From: an uncultured Verrucomicrobiae bacterium
Lineage (GTDB): Bacteria > Verrucomicrobiota > Verrucomicrobiia > Chthoniobacterales > Chthoniobacteraceae
Length of the DNA: 64,000 nt
Assembly: GCA_963828525.1 (NCBI GenBank)
Contig: CAWHEP010000008.1
Location: forward strand, 384,001 to 448,000
Reading direction: 5' to 3'
Shown: positions 62,512 through 64,000 of the stretch, piece after piece
Position numbering within the stretch: position 1 is the first letter of the stretch
Layout: each line of letters starts with the position of its first letter
Notes under the pieces: generated by a model
What the model was told of the DNA's origin: nothing
Databases searched by the model: none
What the model saw: the letters and a program-made list of their open reading frames with translations, nothing else
Translations under genes and position numbers: made by a program

Positions 62512-63036
62512 TTAAGCAGCCCTGCTTCCGGTCTTCACTTCCCGAAACGAGCCGAGCGCAAACAGGCCGGCAGCCACGCAGATGCAACTATCCGCAACGT
62601 TGAACGCCGGCCACGGCGGGATGGGCAGCGTCCAAAACCGAACCAGCAGGAAATCAATCACATGACCGTAAAGCAGCCGATCCGTGAGGTTTCCGAGGAT
62701 GCCAGCGACGAGCAGCGCCAAGGCCACCCGCCCGGTGGGCTCCCTGAAAAGCCCCCTCCACGACGCTATCACCAGCCCTGCCAGGGTGAGGATTGAAATC
62801 ACTATGAATACCTGGTTGCTATGCCCCGAGGAGAAGAAGCTGAACGCGGCCCCCGTATTGGTGTAGTCCACCAAGTCGAACAGGTTGGGAATGACGACGC
62901 GCGCGGAGTCGAGGTCCAGGTGGCGCGAAATGAACCATTTGGTGCTTTGATCCAGCAGGTATAACGGCAGCGTCACCAGCAGCCAGAAGCTCGGCGAAGC
63001 AGCGTAAAGACGCCGCGCCGCGCCAGGCTCATTCAT
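62512..63036 (-). CDS. lspA: Lipoprotein signal peptidase II
   Basis: LDQSTK, NTGAAFS, GNLTDR, VIDF and FNVADS. Confidence 0.94.
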   Translation of the reverse strand: MNEPGAARRLYAASPSFWLLVTLPLYLLDQSTKWFISRHLDLDSARVVIPNLFDLVDYTNTGAAFSFFSSGHSNQVFIVISILTLAGLVIASWRGLFREPTGRVALALLVAGILGNLTDRLLYGHVIDFLLVRFWTLPIPPWPAFNVADSCICVAAGLFALGSFREVKTGSRAA

Positions 63037-64000
63037 TTGCGGCGCTCCCCGCTTTTGCCCTCGCTCCCGAGACTACATCCGCGCACCTCTCGCAAAGATC
63101 AGGAAAAAGTTCATCGCTCCCGACGTAGTGACGATGCCGCCAGCAACGCTCGCACTTCCTGTAATGGCTGCTGGAAAGCACGGCTCGATCTTCATCGCCC
63201 GCCATTACCTTCAGCTCGCTGAGGATGAAAAACTCCTCCGCTTCGCCGAGACGCGAACTGACAAAATCAAGCAACGCCGAATCCCTTATCTCCAGGCTTA
63301 CCGACGCCTCGAGCGCGTTTCCGATGACTTTCTCCTGCCGGGCTCGCTCGACCGCCTGGCCGATCAGGGCGCGGAGCTTGAGGAGCGATTCGAACTGCTC
63401 ATCGAGAGCCAAGTCGCGCAGGGCCTCCTCGGGCTCGGGCAGCCGTTCCAGATGGATCGACCCCGCTCTCCCAAACGCCTGCCAGGCCTCCTCCGCCGTA
63501 AACGCGAGAATGGGAGCGAGGAGCCGCGCCAGCGAGTCGAATACAATGCGCATCGCGGTCTGCGCCGAACGGCGGCGCGCTGACCCGGCCGCATCGCAGT
63601 ACATGCGATCCTTTGTTATATCCACGTAGAGGCTGCTTAGATCGACCGCGCAGAATTGATTGAGGGCGTGATACACCTTGTGAAACTCGTACTTCTCGTA
63701 TCCTTCGCGGCACACCGAGATTACTTCCTGCAGCCGGCTAAGTATCCACCGATCAATCAGAGTCAGAGACTCGCGCGCCACTGCCTCGCGCTCGGGATCG
63801 AACCCGTGCAAATTTCCCAGTAGGATGCGGAGCGTGTTCCGAATGCGCCGGTAGGTGTCTGACAGGCGGGTGAACATCTCCTCGGAGAAAGGCACGTCGT
63901 CCGCGAAATTGACGCTGCTGACCCATAGGCGCACGATATCCGCGCCGTGTTTGCCCACAAAATACCCGGCGTCCATCGGTTTTTGATAAGCGGCTGACTT
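63029..64000 (-). CDS. ileS: Isoleucine--tRNA ligase, C-terminal part (partial at window end)
   Basis: GADIVRLWV, YRRIRNTLR, DITKDRMYC and KCERCW...CERC zinc finger; upstream of lspA. Confidence 0.93.
   Translation of the reverse strand, partial: KSAAYQKPMDAGYFVGKHGADIVRLWVSSVNFADDVPFSEEMFTRLSDTYRRIRNTLRILLGNLHGFDPEREAVARESLTLIDRWILSRLQEVISVCREGYEKYEFHKVYHALNQFCAVDLSSLYVDITKDRMYCDAAGSARRRSAQTAMRIVFDSLARLLAPILAFTAEEAWQAFGRAGSIHLERLPEPEEALRDLALDEQFESLLKLRALIGQAVERARQEKVIGNALEASVSLEIRDSALLDFVSSRLGEAEEFFILSELKVMAGDEDRAVLSSSHYRKCERCWRHRHYVGSDELFPDLCERCADVVSGARAKAGSAANE

Overview
This is a GC-rich bacterial chromosomal segment. Gene content and protein styles suggest Verrucomicrobiota, probably Chthoniobacterales/Spartobacteria-like; that is an inference, as no database was searched. 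Most of it is housekeeping: lysA, glnB, sucAB, ispE, fmt, SRP RNA (ffs), secG, ruvB, yajC-secDF, rlmN, glyQS, ppk1, acs, lspA and the 3' end of ileS. Accessory blocks include a TauE/USP operon, an FHA protein with a long coiled coil containing an exact 168-bp/56-aa repeat, an Amt transporter, and a five-gene REC/PAS/histidine-kinase/PP2C signalling cluster. There is also an ECF sigma/anti-sigma operon, an Nramp/MntR pair with a visible operator, and an amino-methyltransferase plus PD-(D/E)xK endonuclease whose stop codon overlaps the start of a polymerase-less LigD. Many housekeeping genes carry single-base frameshifts (lysA, glnB, sucA about 6, fmt 2, secDF, acs many), which points to long-read or consensus errors. 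Frameshifts elsewhere in the window should therefore not be taken as biological without read-level checks. No CRISPR array, transposase, integrase, rRNA or complete tRNA was seen. The best candidates for undescribed biology are the coupled MTase-REase-LigD operon, the duplicated REC-PAS module driving both a His kinase and a PP2C phosphatase, and the nearby FHA coiled-coil repeat protein.
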